A stretch of DNA of 64,000 nucleotides from Candidatus Sericytochromatia bacterium. Its GTDB lineage: Bacteria > Cyanobacteriota > Sericytochromatia > S15B-MN24 > JAQBPE01. The position numbers and the translations under genes were made by a program. Under the pieces are notes generated by a model that was not told where the DNA came from, did no database searches, and saw nothing but the letters and a program-made list of their open reading frames with translations. The stretch lies in contig JAYKHR010000145.1 of NCBI GenBank assembly GCA_035285125.1, positions 1-64,000 of the forward strand. Reading direction: 5' to 3'. Positions 9,187-18,690 of this stretch are shown piece after piece (the first letter of the stretch is position 1; each line of letters starts with the position of its first letter).

Positions 9187-10778
9187 CGCCCGCCCGCTGG
9201 CAGCTGGCCGCGCTGGTGGTGGCCGCGGTCGGGACGCTCTGGCTGGCCACCTGGCCGCCGGACAGCCTGCTGCGCGCCGTCTGGCCGGCGCTCGTGTCGC
9301 TCGCGGCCCTCACGCTCACGCGCCACGCGATCCTGGGGCTGGCCCTCGGCGTGGTGGCAGGCGCCCTTCTGCTGGCGGGGGGCGCTCCGCTGACGGCCGC
9401 GCGGGACGTGTTCGCCTCGCACGTCTTCCCTGCGCTGCAGGGGCCCTGGCGCCTGGGGGCGATCGGCTTCACGCTGCTGCTGGGCGCCTTCGCGGGCCTG
9501 CTGGAGAGGTCGGGCGGCTTCGAGGCGCTGCTGCGCCGGGTGCTGGGCGACGGGCGCCACGGCGGGCGCCGGCTGCTGCTCGGCGTCTACGGCGTGGGGC
9601 TCGCGTGCTTCTTCGACGGGCTCGCGAGCGCAATGCTGGCGGGCCGTCTGGCGCGCCCCCTGGTCGATCGCGCGGGTGTCACCCGCGAGAAGCTGGCCTG
9701 GGTCGTGGACTCCACGAGCTCCCCGGTGGCGTGCGTGTCGATCGTCTCCACCTGGATCGCCACCCAGCTCAGCCTGATCGCCCAGGGGCTTCAGGGCGCG
9801 CCGTTCGCCGCAGCGCCCCACGCCCTGTACCTGGCCTCGATCGCGGCAAACCCCTACTGCCTGCTGACGCTTGTGCTGGTGCCGCTGGCCGTGGCGCTGC
9901 GCTGGGAGCCCGGGCCCATGCGGGCCTGCGTGCCCGTGGCCCCCTCGGCGGAGGCCACGTCGGTGGCGCCCGGGCCGGTGCGAGCCGTGACGCTGCCCCT
10001 CGCGGTGCTGGTGCCCGCGATCCTGCTGGGCTTCCCCCTGCTGGGCGGCACGCCGGCAGACCTGACGACGGCCGCCGGCTGGCAGCAGGCCTTTGGCGGC
10101 GACGGGGGGCCTTATGCCCTGATCGTCGGCAGCCTGGCGGGGCTGGGCGCCGCCTGGTGGGCCTACCCGCGCGACCGCGAGGTGCCCGCCGGGCAAGCCG
10201 CGCTGGAGGGGGCTGCCGCGCTGCTTCCGGCGCTGGTGGTGCTGGTGCTGGCCTGGACGCTGGGCAGCCAGCTGGAGGCCCTGGGCGCCTCCGGCCGGAT
10301 CGCCGCCCTGCTGGCAGGGGGGCCCGGCCCGATGTGGCTGCCGCTGATGGTGTTCCTGCTTGGGGCAGGGATGTCGTTCTGCACGGGCAGCAGCTGGGCC
10401 ACGATGGGCCTGCTGATGCCCCTGGCGCTGCCGGCGACCCTGCTCGCGGCGCAGCAGACCGCGCTGCCCCTCGACGCGCTGCCGGGCCTCTGTGCGATGG
10501 TGGTCGGCGCCGTGTTCGGCGGGGCCACCCTCGGCGACCACTGCAGCCCGTTCTCGGACACCACCATCGTGAGCGCGCTGGCCAGCGGATGCAGCACGCC
10601 CGCCCATGTGGCGACCCAGCTGCCTTATGCGGGCCTGACGGCGGCCTGCTCGGCCGTGGCCTACGCGGCCATGGGTGTCGGGCTGCCGCCCCTCGCCGCC
10701 ACGGGCTGCGCAGGCCTGGCGATGGCCGCCCTGGTGACCCTGGCGACCAGGCAAGGGTGGGGCCGCACCAGGGTATGA
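9183..10778 (+). CDS. Na+/H+ antiporter NhaC-family transporter
   Basis: GTGA overlap; FFDG, REKLAWVVDSTSSP, SFCTGSSWATM, GDHCSPFSDTTIVS, HVATQLPYA. Confidence 0.88.
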   Translation: MTPARWQLAALVVAAVGTLWLATWPPDSLLRAVWPALVSLAALTLTRHAILGLALGVVAGALLLAGGAPLTAARDVFASHVFPALQGPWRLGAIGFTLLLGAFAGLLERSGGFEALLRRVLGDGRHGGRRLLLGVYGVGLACFFDGLASAMLAGRLARPLVDRAGVTREKLAWVVDSTSSPVACVSIVSTWIATQLSLIAQGLQGAPFAAAPHALYLASIAANPYCLLTLVLVPLAVALRWEPGPMRACVPVAPSAEATSVAPGPVRAVTLPLAVLVPAILLGFPLLGGTPADLTTAAGWQQAFGGDGGPYALIVGSLAGLGAAWWAYPRDREVPAGQAALEGAAALLPALVVLVLAWTLGSQLEALGASGRIAALLAGGPGPMWLPLMVFLLGAGMSFCTGSSWATMGLLMPLALPATLLAAQQTALPLDALPGLCAMVVGAVFGGATLGDHCSPFSDTTIVSALASGCSTPAHVATQLPYAGLTAACSAVAYAAMGVGLPPLAATGCAGLAMAALVTLATRQGWGRTRV

Positions 10779-10832
10779 AAAGGCGGGTCCGCCAGCCGGG
10801 CGGTGCCCTCCCCCCACCGCCGAGAGGTCCCG

Positions 10833-11594
10833 ATGCCTGCCTTGATCCGCGCCCTCCTGGCCGCCGCGGTGCTCGCGGGCCTTGCCGCGCCTGCCCTCGC
10901 CGAGGAGGCCGGCCCGCCGCCGGAGTACAACTGGGTGCCGGAGCCGATGCTCTTCGACCTCATCCGCAGCCTGGGCGCAAAGGCGGGCGAGCGCGAGGTC
11001 GGCGTCGGCCTCCACCGGCGCGCTGACGAGCTCGAGCTGGGCACCGAGGTCGAGCTGATGGTCGCAGACGGCCACGGGCTGGAGCTCGAGCTGGTGAACC
11101 CGCAAGGCGAGAGCCGGGGGGTCCGGGGCGTCTACCAGGCCACGCTGGGGCGGTTGCTCGACGGGCGGGTGCTGCACGGGCCTCACCTGGTCGGCGCGTA
11201 CGCCCCAGGGCTCAGCCGCACGGAGGCCAGCGCCGTCTATGTGGTCACGGCGCGCCTGTCGCCGCAGTGGACCCTGCTCGCCATGGCTGGCGGCAGGCTG
11301 GACCACGGAGCCGCCCCGGCCGCCGAGGGGGCCGAGGCAGCACCCGGAGCGGCCGAACTGACGCGCGGGGCGGTGCTGAACGCCAGCCTCTTTCGGGACC
11401 TCTCGGACAGCTTCATCGTCGGCCTGGAAGGGACCTGGGAGCAGCGTCCCACGGGCCTGGGAGAGCTCGAGCTGATGCCCCAGCTGCGGTGGGACCTCGA
11501 CGAGGGCCTCCACGTGCAGGCCGGGCTGGGCCTGACGAGCGAGGCCGGCGTCACGCGCCCGATGAGCAGCCTGCGCGTCAGCCACGCGTTCTGA
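10833..11594 (+). CDS. Secreted, probable outer-membrane beta-barrel protein of unknown function
   Basis: GAGG RBS, signal peptide, PEPMLFDLIRSLGAKAGERE, beta-rich, terminal Phe. Confidence 0.65.
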   Translation: MPALIRALLAAAVLAGLAAPALAEEAGPPPEYNWVPEPMLFDLIRSLGAKAGEREVGVGLHRRADELELGTEVELMVADGHGLELELVNPQGESRGVRGVYQATLGRLLDGRVLHGPHLVGAYAPGLSRTEASAVYVVTARLSPQWTLLAMAGGRLDHGAAPAAEGAEAAPGAAELTRGAVLNASLFRDLSDSFIVGLEGTWEQRPTGLGELELMPQLRWDLDEGLHVQAGLGLTSEAGVTRPMSSLRVSHAF

Positions 11595-11628
11595 GCGGGG
11601 CGGCGGTCACGGCCGCCGAGCGCCAGCC

Positions 11629-11656
11629 TTGCCTTTTGTTCACCTGAATGTACACT
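11629..11656 (+). promoter_or_regulatory. Putative sigma70-type promoter with overlapping pseudo-palindrome
   Basis: TTGCCT-N16-TACACT; TGTTCA-N6-TGTACA at 11637-11654. Confidence 0.4.
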
Positions 11657-11701
11657 CGTACCTGAGCCCGGGCCCAGGCCTGGCTCCTCGCGAGGTGGAC
11701 G

Positions 11702-13258
11702 ATGGTCAGCAAGAAGGAAGCCCGCCCCAAGCCGCCCCTGCGGGAGGTGGCGAGCGACGCCTACGTGGCGCAGCAGCTCGACGGCGAGCCTGCGTCCATC
11801 GCCTCCAGCGCCGACGCCGCGCTGGAGGCGGCCCCCCCCCGCCTCGGTGGCCCCGGCCGGCGCCCGAGGACGCGCCGGGAGACGCCCCCCACGCTGCGCC
11901 GGCTGCAGCAGGCGCTGCGCGACAACCTCGAGCAGGCCGTCCCGGCGCGCGGCCTCACGACGCTCGACGTGGCGCGGGCGACGGGGCTCTCCCGCACCAC
12001 CCTGCACGCCCTCCAGGAAGGCACGCTGGACCCGCAGCTCTCGACGCTCGCGACGGTGGCGGGCGTGCTCGGCGTCAGCCCCGCGCTGCTGCTGCTCGAC
12101 CGCGCCGACTGGCGAGCCATCCTGGCCTCCGTCATCGAGCTGCTGCCCGAGCTGCTGGGCGCCCGGCCCGGCTCGCCCTCGGAGCTGCCCCGCACGCCCG
12201 ACGACGTGCGCACGCAGCTGCGCGGCCGCAACAGCCGCAAGGAGGCCGCCGGCAGGCTGCCCGCGCGCGTGGCGGAGCAGCTCTTCTGGGGGGGCGAGGC
12301 GGGCCCTGCCTGGACCCGGCTGCTGGCCGAGGTGGCGGCCCAGGGAGCGGGGCCCGACGCGGACCCGCTCCTGCCTGGCCCGGAGGACACGGTGCAGGTG
12401 GGGCTGGCGCTCGGGCAGCACCAGCTCGGCAGCCTCGGGCTGCTCATCGGGGGCAACCTGGCCCTTGGCATGGCCCGCAGCCCCCGGGTGTCCGTGGACC
12501 TCGTGGAGCTGGTGCGGTGGCTGCGCGAGGCGGGGGGCCGGGCCGTCGTGATCGCGGGGGCCGGGCTGGCGGCCGAGGCTGGCCTGCAGCCCTACCGGGG
12601 GCCCGAGGGGCTGCTGCTGGCGGCGGACGCCGACGTGCTGACCTCGCTCGCCGGCCTGGAGACGGAGCCGGAGGCATTCGTGCGCCACTACCGCGCCCGC
12701 GCGCGGCAGGCCCAGGCGCTCTGCCGCGAGGGCCAGGCGCCCCCGTGCGCCGAGGCACTCGGGCGCCTGCAGCGGGCCGGGCTCGTGGGGCCCGTGCTGG
12801 CGGCCTCCCCGGACGGGCTGCTGGCCCGCGCCGGGGTGGAGGCGACGCCGCTCTTCGGCACCTACGACCGCTTCCGCTGCCACCGCTGCCAGGCGCCGGC
12901 CTCCTGGGAGGCCTTCATGGACCGTGTCACGGCGCGGCCGACGTGCAGCGAGCCAGGCTGCGGGGGGCTGCTACGGCCAGACGTGGTGCTGCGGAACGAG
13001 CCCCCCGGCAAGGCGCTGGAGGCCACGTGGCAGGCCCTGGAGGCCCGCGTCCGGGAGGCCCCGCTGCTGCTGGTGGTCGGCTCGTCGCTGCGGGATCGCC
13101 GCGTGGCCCGCTTCGCGATGCTGGCGCGCCTGCACGGGGCCCGGCTCGCGATCGTGGACGCGGCGGCGACCCACCTGCTCGATGACCTCGCCCACTGGCG
13201 GATGCAGGCACCGGCCAGCACGGCGCTGCTGGCCATGTGTGCGGTGGCGGGGGTGTAG
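11702..13258 (+). CDS. XRE-type HTH domain fused to a degenerate Sir2 (sirtuin) domain
   Basis: HTH: LTTLDVARATGLSRTTLHALQEG..DPQLSTL; Sir2: GAGLAAEAGLQPYRG, CHRC...CSEPGCGGLLRPDVV, VVGSSL. Confidence 0.82.
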   Translation: MVSKKEARPKPPLREVASDAYVAQQLDGEPASIASSADAALEAAPPRLGGPGRRPRTRRETPPTLRRLQQALRDNLEQAVPARGLTTLDVARATGLSRTTLHALQEGTLDPQLSTLATVAGVLGVSPALLLLDRADWRAILASVIELLPELLGARPGSPSELPRTPDDVRTQLRGRNSRKEAAGRLPARVAEQLFWGGEAGPAWTRLLAEVAAQGAGPDADPLLPGPEDTVQVGLALGQHQLGSLGLLIGGNLALGMARSPRVSVDLVELVRWLREAGGRAVVIAGAGLAAEAGLQPYRGPEGLLLAADADVLTSLAGLETEPEAFVRHYRARARQAQALCREGQAPPCAEALGRLQRAGLVGPVLAASPDGLLARAGVEATPLFGTYDRFRCHRCQAPASWEAFMDRVTARPTCSEPGCGGLLRPDVVLRNEPPGKALEATWQALEARVREAPLLLVVGSSLRDRRVARFAMLARLHGARLAIVDAAATHLLDDLAHWRMQAPASTALLAMCAVAGV

Positions 13259-13269
13259 GGCGGGCCACC

Positions 13270-13295
13270 GTTTCCGTCCGATGGCCGTCGGGTAC
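13270..13295 (+). promoter_or_regulatory. SigB/SigF-like promoter candidate
   Basis: GTTT-N16-GGGTAC about 63 nt upstream of the lipoprotein start at 13359. Confidence 0.35.
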
Positions 13296-13358
13296 GTAGC
13301 CCAAAAGCACGCTGTGGACCCCGCGTCACCTCGCCGGGTCGTCACCCAGGAGGCTCCC

Positions 13359-15131
13359 GTGTCCCACCGCGCCGCGTTCCTGCGCACCGCCGTCGCGCTC
13401 GCCACCGCCGGGCCGCTGACGCTGCTGGCCGCGGGGTGCATCACCCAGGTGGCGCCGCCCGTGGAGGGGCCCGCCGCGGTGAAGGGGAAGCCCGCCAAGG
13501 GCGGTAGCGCGGCCATCGACGCGCGCCTGCGGGCCGGCGTCAAGACCGCCATCGCCTACACCTCGCGTGAGGACCGCATGGCGGTGATGACGGAGGCGTT
13601 CTCCCTCTCGCGCAACAAGGGGCTGCAGAAGGCCTCGGAGAGCTTCAAATCGCTCGGTTCCTCGCTCTCGGGGCTGCAGGCCCTGACCTCTGCCAGGAGC
13701 CGCTCGGCCAGCGCCGGCTCCCTCGGCGGCCCTGACGGCGCAACCCTCACCGGCTCCTCCGGCAGCCTGCGCTACCACGTGGAGGGTGGCCCGACGCTTC
13801 ACATGGTGGGCAGCCGCGGGGGGTATGCGCTGGCCGGCCTCGCCGAGTACGAGCAGGGCGACACCGTGATCGTCTACGACGACCAGACGAAGGAGGTCAC
13901 GGCCGTTCGCAGCGCCGACGCCGAGCTCCGCTTCAAGTTCGACAAGCGCGACAACACGCGCAGCTGGAGCTCCGAGATCGCGAAGAGCCCTGACGGCACG
14001 ACAGGCCTTCTCTCTGTCGAGGTGTCCTCCCGGGCCTGGAAGACCTACGAGCTGCCTCAGCCTCAGGCGCCGTGGGTCTGCACCGCCGCGTCCCCCAGGC
14101 CGCGGCCGTCGTTCTTCCCTATGCCGTCCGTCGCGCCGCGGCCGAGCGTGACCCCGGTGGCCCAGCGCTCCCCCCTGCCCGGGGCGACGGCCGCCCCCGT
14201 GCTCCGGCCCTCGCCGTCGCCCACCCCCACGCCGGAGCCGCCGTCCCCCGTGCCCCTGCCGTTCCCAACCCAGGGCCTGCAGCAACTCGACGACCAGCCG
14301 GCAGACTCGTGGCCGCCCGCAACGCCCGGGCCCAACGACACGCCGGAGCCCAGCTGGACGTCTGGCCCCAACGACACGCCCACCCCGGGCTGGTTCCTCG
14401 GCCCGAGCGCCCAGCCCTCGCCGGCCGTGGATTACGGCTACGCCGGGCCCAGCTGCGGCCCCGACCCGGCCTGGCAGGCCCCGGAGCAGCTGCCGTTCAA
14501 GGCCGCCGGCGGCGAGTACCCGGAGAACGTCGAGACGCTTGCGTTGCGGCTTGCCATCACGCCCAAGGGAGACAATGACCTGGCCATGGAGCTCGCGGCC
14601 GACCTCGACGAACCGGTCAGCGTGCCGAACTCGGCGATGCGGCTGCCGGGCCACTGGAAGTTCCTGGCCCGGGTCCCCGGCGTGACGCTGAGCTGGGAGT
14701 CGAGGCTCAGCCTGGTCCCCGGCAGGATGAGCTTCACGGGCTCGGGCAAGATGATCGTCGAGGTCGAGCAGGGCGAGGAGCAGTTCGACTACGCCGTCAC
14801 GCTGCGCGAGGCCACCCGCACCGCCAGCGCCTCGATGACCAACGTGGGGGCCAAGATGAAGCTGCGGGTCACCACCGACGGCAGCGCCCCCCCGCGCACC
14901 CAGGTGCTCTCCATCGACGGCGGGCGGGAGATCGAGGTCGGCACGGTGGGGATGAAGCCGGGCAGCGGCAACGTCGCGCTGGTGCGCTTCAACGACGGCA
15001 AGACGATGGAGTGGGAGCTTTACCCGCAGGACCTGTTCGGCCAGCTAGGCAGCTCGCCCGCAGCCTTCCAGCCCCCCGCCCCGCGCGCCGCCGTCCCCGC
15101 GATCAGGCGTTCGCCTGTGCCCGCCCGCTGA
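13359..15131 (+). CDS. Large lipoprotein of unknown function with central Pro/Thr/Ser-rich insert
   Basis: AGGAGG RBS then GTG; lipobox LAAGC; internal repeat CCCAACGACACGCC at 14331 and 14367. Confidence 0.75.
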   Translation: MSHRAAFLRTAVALATAGPLTLLAAGCITQVAPPVEGPAAVKGKPAKGGSAAIDARLRAGVKTAIAYTSREDRMAVMTEAFSLSRNKGLQKASESFKSLGSSLSGLQALTSARSRSASAGSLGGPDGATLTGSSGSLRYHVEGGPTLHMVGSRGGYALAGLAEYEQGDTVIVYDDQTKEVTAVRSADAELRFKFDKRDNTRSWSSEIAKSPDGTTGLLSVEVSSRAWKTYELPQPQAPWVCTAASPRPRPSFFPMPSVAPRPSVTPVAQRSPLPGATAAPVLRPSPSPTPTPEPPSPVPLPFPTQGLQQLDDQPADSWPPATPGPNDTPEPSWTSGPNDTPTPGWFLGPSAQPSPAVDYGYAGPSCGPDPAWQAPEQLPFKAAGGEYPENVETLALRLAITPKGDNDLAMELAADLDEPVSVPNSAMRLPGHWKFLARVPGVTLSWESRLSLVPGRMSFTGSGKMIVEVEQGEEQFDYAVTLREATRTASASMTNVGAKMKLRVTTDGSAPPRTQVLSIDGGREIEVGTVGMKPGSGNVALVRFNDGKTMEWELYPQDLFGQLGSSPAAFQPPAPRAAVPAIRRSPVPAR

Positions 15132-15147
15132 GCCAGGAACCAGGGAC

Positions 15148-15175
15148 GCCGCCGCCATGAGCCCCAGGCGGCGGC
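15148..15175. terminator. GC hairpin between convergent genes (possible terminator, no U-tract)
   Basis: GCCGCCGCC-N10-GGCGGCGGC. Confidence 0.3.
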
Positions 15176-15182
15176 CCGGACG

Positions 15183-15809
15183 CTACCGCGTCTTCAACAG
15201 CCCGTCGGCCGCGAGCCGGCCAGCGACGGCCGTGGCCTGGGAGTCCGCGAGCCACTGCGCGGGCCCCGACGAGGTCGTGTAGCCGACCCAGGCCACCTCG
15301 TTCTTGGCCACGTCCCGGAGGTGCACCTCCAGCCGCATCCAGGGGGTGTAGACGTCGTAGCCGCCAGACTCGGTGGTGGTGGTGCGCAGATCGACGTTGC
15401 GAGAGCCCTTGTTCCGGTCGAGGTTGCCGGTGGTGGTGGTCGTCGTGCTACGCGGCACATGGGACCGGCTGGTGCCGGAGGCGGCCACGCGGAGCTCCAG
15501 CACGCCCTCGAGGCCCTCGGCCCGGATGAACTTCGCAATGGCGGCCTCGTCGACCTTGCGCATCGGGGGGAACTGCTCGTAGCACTTCAGCACCTTGCCG
15601 CGCGCGCCGTGCCGCTGCAGCTGGGTCGCAAAGGCGTCCTCGTACATCATCCGCTGCTCGGGGTCCGAGATGTCCATCGCCCGCACCAGGAGATGCTCGT
15701 AGCTCACCTGGGCAAAGGCGGGGTCACGCACAGCGCGGAGCGTGGTGGTCGCACAGCCTGCGAGGGTGCTGGCGAGGAGGGACGCGGCAAGCAGAACGTG
15801 GGTGCGCAT
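15183..15809 (-). CDS. Lipoprotein of unknown function (loosely DUF4136-like)
   Basis: GGAGG RBS, lipobox LAGC, RAVRDPAF, LRDVAKNEVAWVG. Confidence 0.75.
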   Translation of the reverse strand: MRTHVLLAASLLASTLAGCATTTLRAVRDPAFAQVSYEHLLVRAMDISDPEQRMMYEDAFATQLQRHGARGKVLKCYEQFPPMRKVDEAAIAKFIRAEGLEGVLELRVAASGTSRSHVPRSTTTTTTGNLDRNKGSRNVDLRTTTTESGGYDVYTPWMRLEVHLRDVAKNEVAWVGYTTSSGPAQWLADSQATAVAGRLAADGLLKTR

Positions 15810-16056
15810 GGAGGCCTCCGGGGGCACGGCTGTCACCATTTTACCCGCCAGACACCTGATGGGAGAGGGGCGCTCGTCGGGTAGAAGGCGGTCTAGAACA
15901 ATACCGATGCCGCCACGCCAGGGACGCCTCTCCCCCGTTGCAGCCGCCGACCTGCCCGGGCCGGCCTCCTGGGGGGGTGTTGCTCCGCGACCGCGCCTGG
16001 CAATAACCCGCCTGGGGCTGCGGGGCAGCCGTCGCGGGCCCGGCCCCTGCGAAGAC

Positions 16057-17310
16057 CTAGCGCCCCGCCAGGGCCGCAAGGCGCACCAAGAACGTGCCGT
16101 AGAAGTTCTCGCGCGGCCCGATGTGAAGGACGGTGGGCACGTTGTGCGAGACGCCGTAGCCCAGCCTGTAGCTGGCGACGCGCGCCCGGTGCAGGGTGTC
16201 GAAGGGGTGGGAGGCCTCCGTGAAGGCCTTGGAGGTCAGGCGGGTGTAGGCCTGCGGCTGACGGAACACGGCCCCGAGCTTCGCCACCATCGCCTGCTGA
16301 AGGTCGGGGCGGGCCCGCGTGTCGAGCACCATGCGGCGGATCGCCGCCCGCTCCGAGGCGGCCAGGCTCTCCGGGAAGGGACCGGGGCCGGTGCCTGCCA
16401 GGAAGGCCGCCGCGAGCGCCGCGTCGTCAGGCGGGGTGACGGCATCGAGCTCGGCCTCCAGTGCAGCCACGTCCTCGGCGAGCTCGCGCACCTGCGCCTC
16501 GAGCTCGGCGTTGCGCTCGGTGAGCTCGTCTGCGCGCCGCTTGAGCTCGGCCTTTTTGCCGCCGTCAGGCGGGCCACCCGCAGGCTCCCGCGGGGCCTCC
16601 AGCGCGGCGCGCAGGCGGGCGACCTCCTCGCGCAAGGCGCGGCTCTCCTCCCGCAGCAGCAGCAACTCGTCGTCCTCGCGCAGGTGCGCGGGTGGGGAGA
16701 CCTCGGCGATGCGGGGCAGCCAGCGCTCGGCCCGCAGCCGGGCCTCCTCGACGACCTCCGGCGGCCAGCCCGGCAGGCTCTCCACCAGGGCCGCAAAGGC
16801 CTCGCGGAGGGCATGCCAGGTGTACTGCTTGCCCTCGACGAGGTGCGTGGCGACGGCGTGGTCGAAGGCCTCCCAGGCCCCCCCGGCCGGCTTGGCCCCG
16901 AGGGCCTGCCGGAGGTGCCACGCCAGGCGCTTGTCGAGCGGCTGCGCTCGGTAGCGCTGGCGGCCGGCCCGCACCACGTCGCCCGCCGTCACGAGGTGCT
17001 CGAGCAGGGCCTCGAAGCCCACGGCGTGCGCCTCGGCTCCGAGCCCGCGGGCCACCTGCCGGGCCGTGACCCCCTCCGCGCCACCGGTCGCCCGCATCAT
17101 GTCGAAGTACAGCGTCACGTAGACCCCCTCGCGATCGAGCGGCCCGACGCGGGAGGGGCTGAACGGGTGCGGCAGCCGCAACTCGCCCTCGAGCGCCGCG
17201 CCCACGGGGCTCCCCTTCGGCACCAGGCGCGAGAGCACGCCCGACGGGCCGGCGGCAGGCTCCGCGGCCGGCAGGGCAAAGGGGGCTGGGGGTCGGTTCG
17301 GATCAGTCAT
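16057..17310 (-). CDS. Multidomain protein: N-terminal wHTH-like region, coiled coil, C-terminal RelE/ParE-like toxin domain
   Basis: VTARQVARGLG...LEHLVTAGDVVR; heptad-rich LREEVARLRAALE/LEAQVRELAEDVAALEAEL; C-terminal HRARVASYRLGY...VLHIGPRENFY. Confidence 0.7.
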   Translation of the reverse strand: MTDPNRPPAPFALPAAEPAAGPSGVLSRLVPKGSPVGAALEGELRLPHPFSPSRVGPLDREGVYVTLYFDMMRATGGAEGVTARQVARGLGAEAHAVGFEALLEHLVTAGDVVRAGRQRYRAQPLDKRLAWHLRQALGAKPAGGAWEAFDHAVATHLVEGKQYTWHALREAFAALVESLPGWPPEVVEEARLRAERWLPRIAEVSPPAHLREDDELLLLREESRALREEVARLRAALEAPREPAGGPPDGGKKAELKRRADELTERNAELEAQVRELAEDVAALEAELDAVTPPDDAALAAAFLAGTGPGPFPESLAASERAAIRRMVLDTRARPDLQQAMVAKLGAVFRQPQAYTRLTSKAFTEASHPFDTLHRARVASYRLGYGVSHNVPTVLHIGPRENFYGTFLVRLAALAGR

Positions 17311-17406
17311 GGCAGGCCTCGCTTCATCTTTCCCGCTCGGGCACCTTTCTTCAAGCGCCGGCCGTGGTGTCTTGGGGCTTCCACACCGGGGGCCGCGCGG
17401 CAGCCC

Positions 17407-18690
17407 TCAGGGCCCGGCGTCCGTCGAAGCCTGGCCCGCGGTGGCCTCCAGCGCCGCCCGGTGGGCCTCGTAGACCTGCCTGGCAACCTCCGCCACCTCG
17501 GCGGCCAGGGCTGCGGGCCGCACCACGCGCACGTCGGCACCCCAGGACGCCAGCCACTTCCGGAAGTGGACCCCCACCAGCGTCCGCACGCGGTAGCGCA
17601 CCACGAGCCCGCCGGCGTCGTGCTCGGCCGTCAGCACGGCCGCCCGGCAGCCAGGGTCCCCCCGGACGGCGCTCGCCGCGGCCCCCCGGAACAGCAGCTC
17701 CACGTCCGTGGCCAGGTCCGGCAGCGCCCGGGTGTCGTCCTCGGGCAGGTCCTGCAGGCGGGGATCCTCCAGGTCCGCCCCCCAGACGCTGTCGAGCATC
17801 TCCAGCTCGTCCGGCGAGGGCCCTGCGCCCGCCCACTCGACGCGGTCCATCTCCAGCGCCTCGAGGTCGGCGAGGTGGTGCAGCGGCAGGGCCCGCCAGC
17901 GCCGGACGCCGAGGTGGTGCCAGTAGACCTCCAGCCGGGGCCGGCCGTTGTACCAGACGATGCGGTGCGGGCAGAGGCGCTGGGCCTCGGGGGCCTTGCG
18001 GCGGTTCAGGCGGATGCGGATGCGCAGCCCCTGGTCGAGGGCCCGCACGAGGGCCTCCCAGACGTGGGCCCTCACGCCGCTGCGCCCGTGCTCGCCGAGC
18101 GCCGGGGGCAAGGGGCGGTAGCGGATCCGGGGCTCGCGGGCAGGGCGCCCGAAGCGGGCCTCGGCGGCCTCCGTCACGCGGTCCAGCAGGCGCCGCCCGA
18201 CACCGCCCGCTCCCGTGGCGGCCCGCAGCTCCGCGAGGGCGAAGGCGAGCTCCGCACGGCCGCGCGGGGGCAGCTCGCCGGCCGGGCGCTGGGCGCGCGC
18301 CCAGCGAGAGACCTGGGGCCCGAGCGGGTCGAGCGTCGGCCCCCCGGGGCTCATGACCAGGAAGTCCGGCTCCAGCACGGGCCGGTAGCAGACCTGGTTG
18401 CGCATGCGCTGGTCCTGGCCCTCGTCGTACCGCTCGATGGTCCCATCGGGGTGCAGGTGAACCGCCTCGATCAGGCCCGAGTCCATCAGCGCGCGCAGGT
18501 CGCGGCTAAGGTGGTTGTTGAAGGCCGTGCGCTCGGCGGGCGTGAGCGTCTCCCAGCGGTAGGCCAGCTCGGCGAGGGCGCGCTCCCGCAAGGTCGCGCG
18601 GGCGATCACGCCGGCCTCCAGCGTCCACAGCAGCAACAGGCACCTGATGCGATCGCGCGAGGTCTTGGCCCGCTTGGACTGGTCTATCAT
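17407..18690 (-). CDS. WYL-domain transcriptional regulator (wHTH-WYL-WCX)
   Basis: RDLRALMDSGLI (HTH), ALDQGLRIRIRL..RLCPHRIVWYNG (WYL), RKWLASWGADVRVVRPAAL (WCX); AGGAG RBS. Confidence 0.85.
   Translation of the reverse strand: MIDQSKRAKTSRDRIRCLLLLWTLEAGVIARATLRERALAELAYRWETLTPAERTAFNNHLSRDLRALMDSGLIEAVHLHPDGTIERYDEGQDQRMRNQVCYRPVLEPDFLVMSPGGPTLDPLGPQVSRWARAQRPAGELPPRGRAELAFALAELRAATGAGGVGRRLLDRVTEAAEARFGRPAREPRIRYRPLPPALGEHGRSGVRAHVWEALVRALDQGLRIRIRLNRRKAPEAQRLCPHRIVWYNGRPRLEVYWHHLGVRRWRALPLHHLADLEALEMDRVEWAGAGPSPDELEMLDSVWGADLEDPRLQDLPEDDTRALPDLATDVELLFRGAAASAVRGDPGCRAAVLTAEHDAGGLVVRYRVRTLVGVHFRKWLASWGADVRVVRPAALAAEVAEVARQVYEAHRAALEATAGQASTDAGP

Noticed and set aside
11702..13258. cobB or a defence-type SIR2 (ThsA/DSR) call
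   Set aside because: It has the Zn-finger of classical sirtuins rather than the defence SIR2 type, and lacks the catalytic His required for CobB
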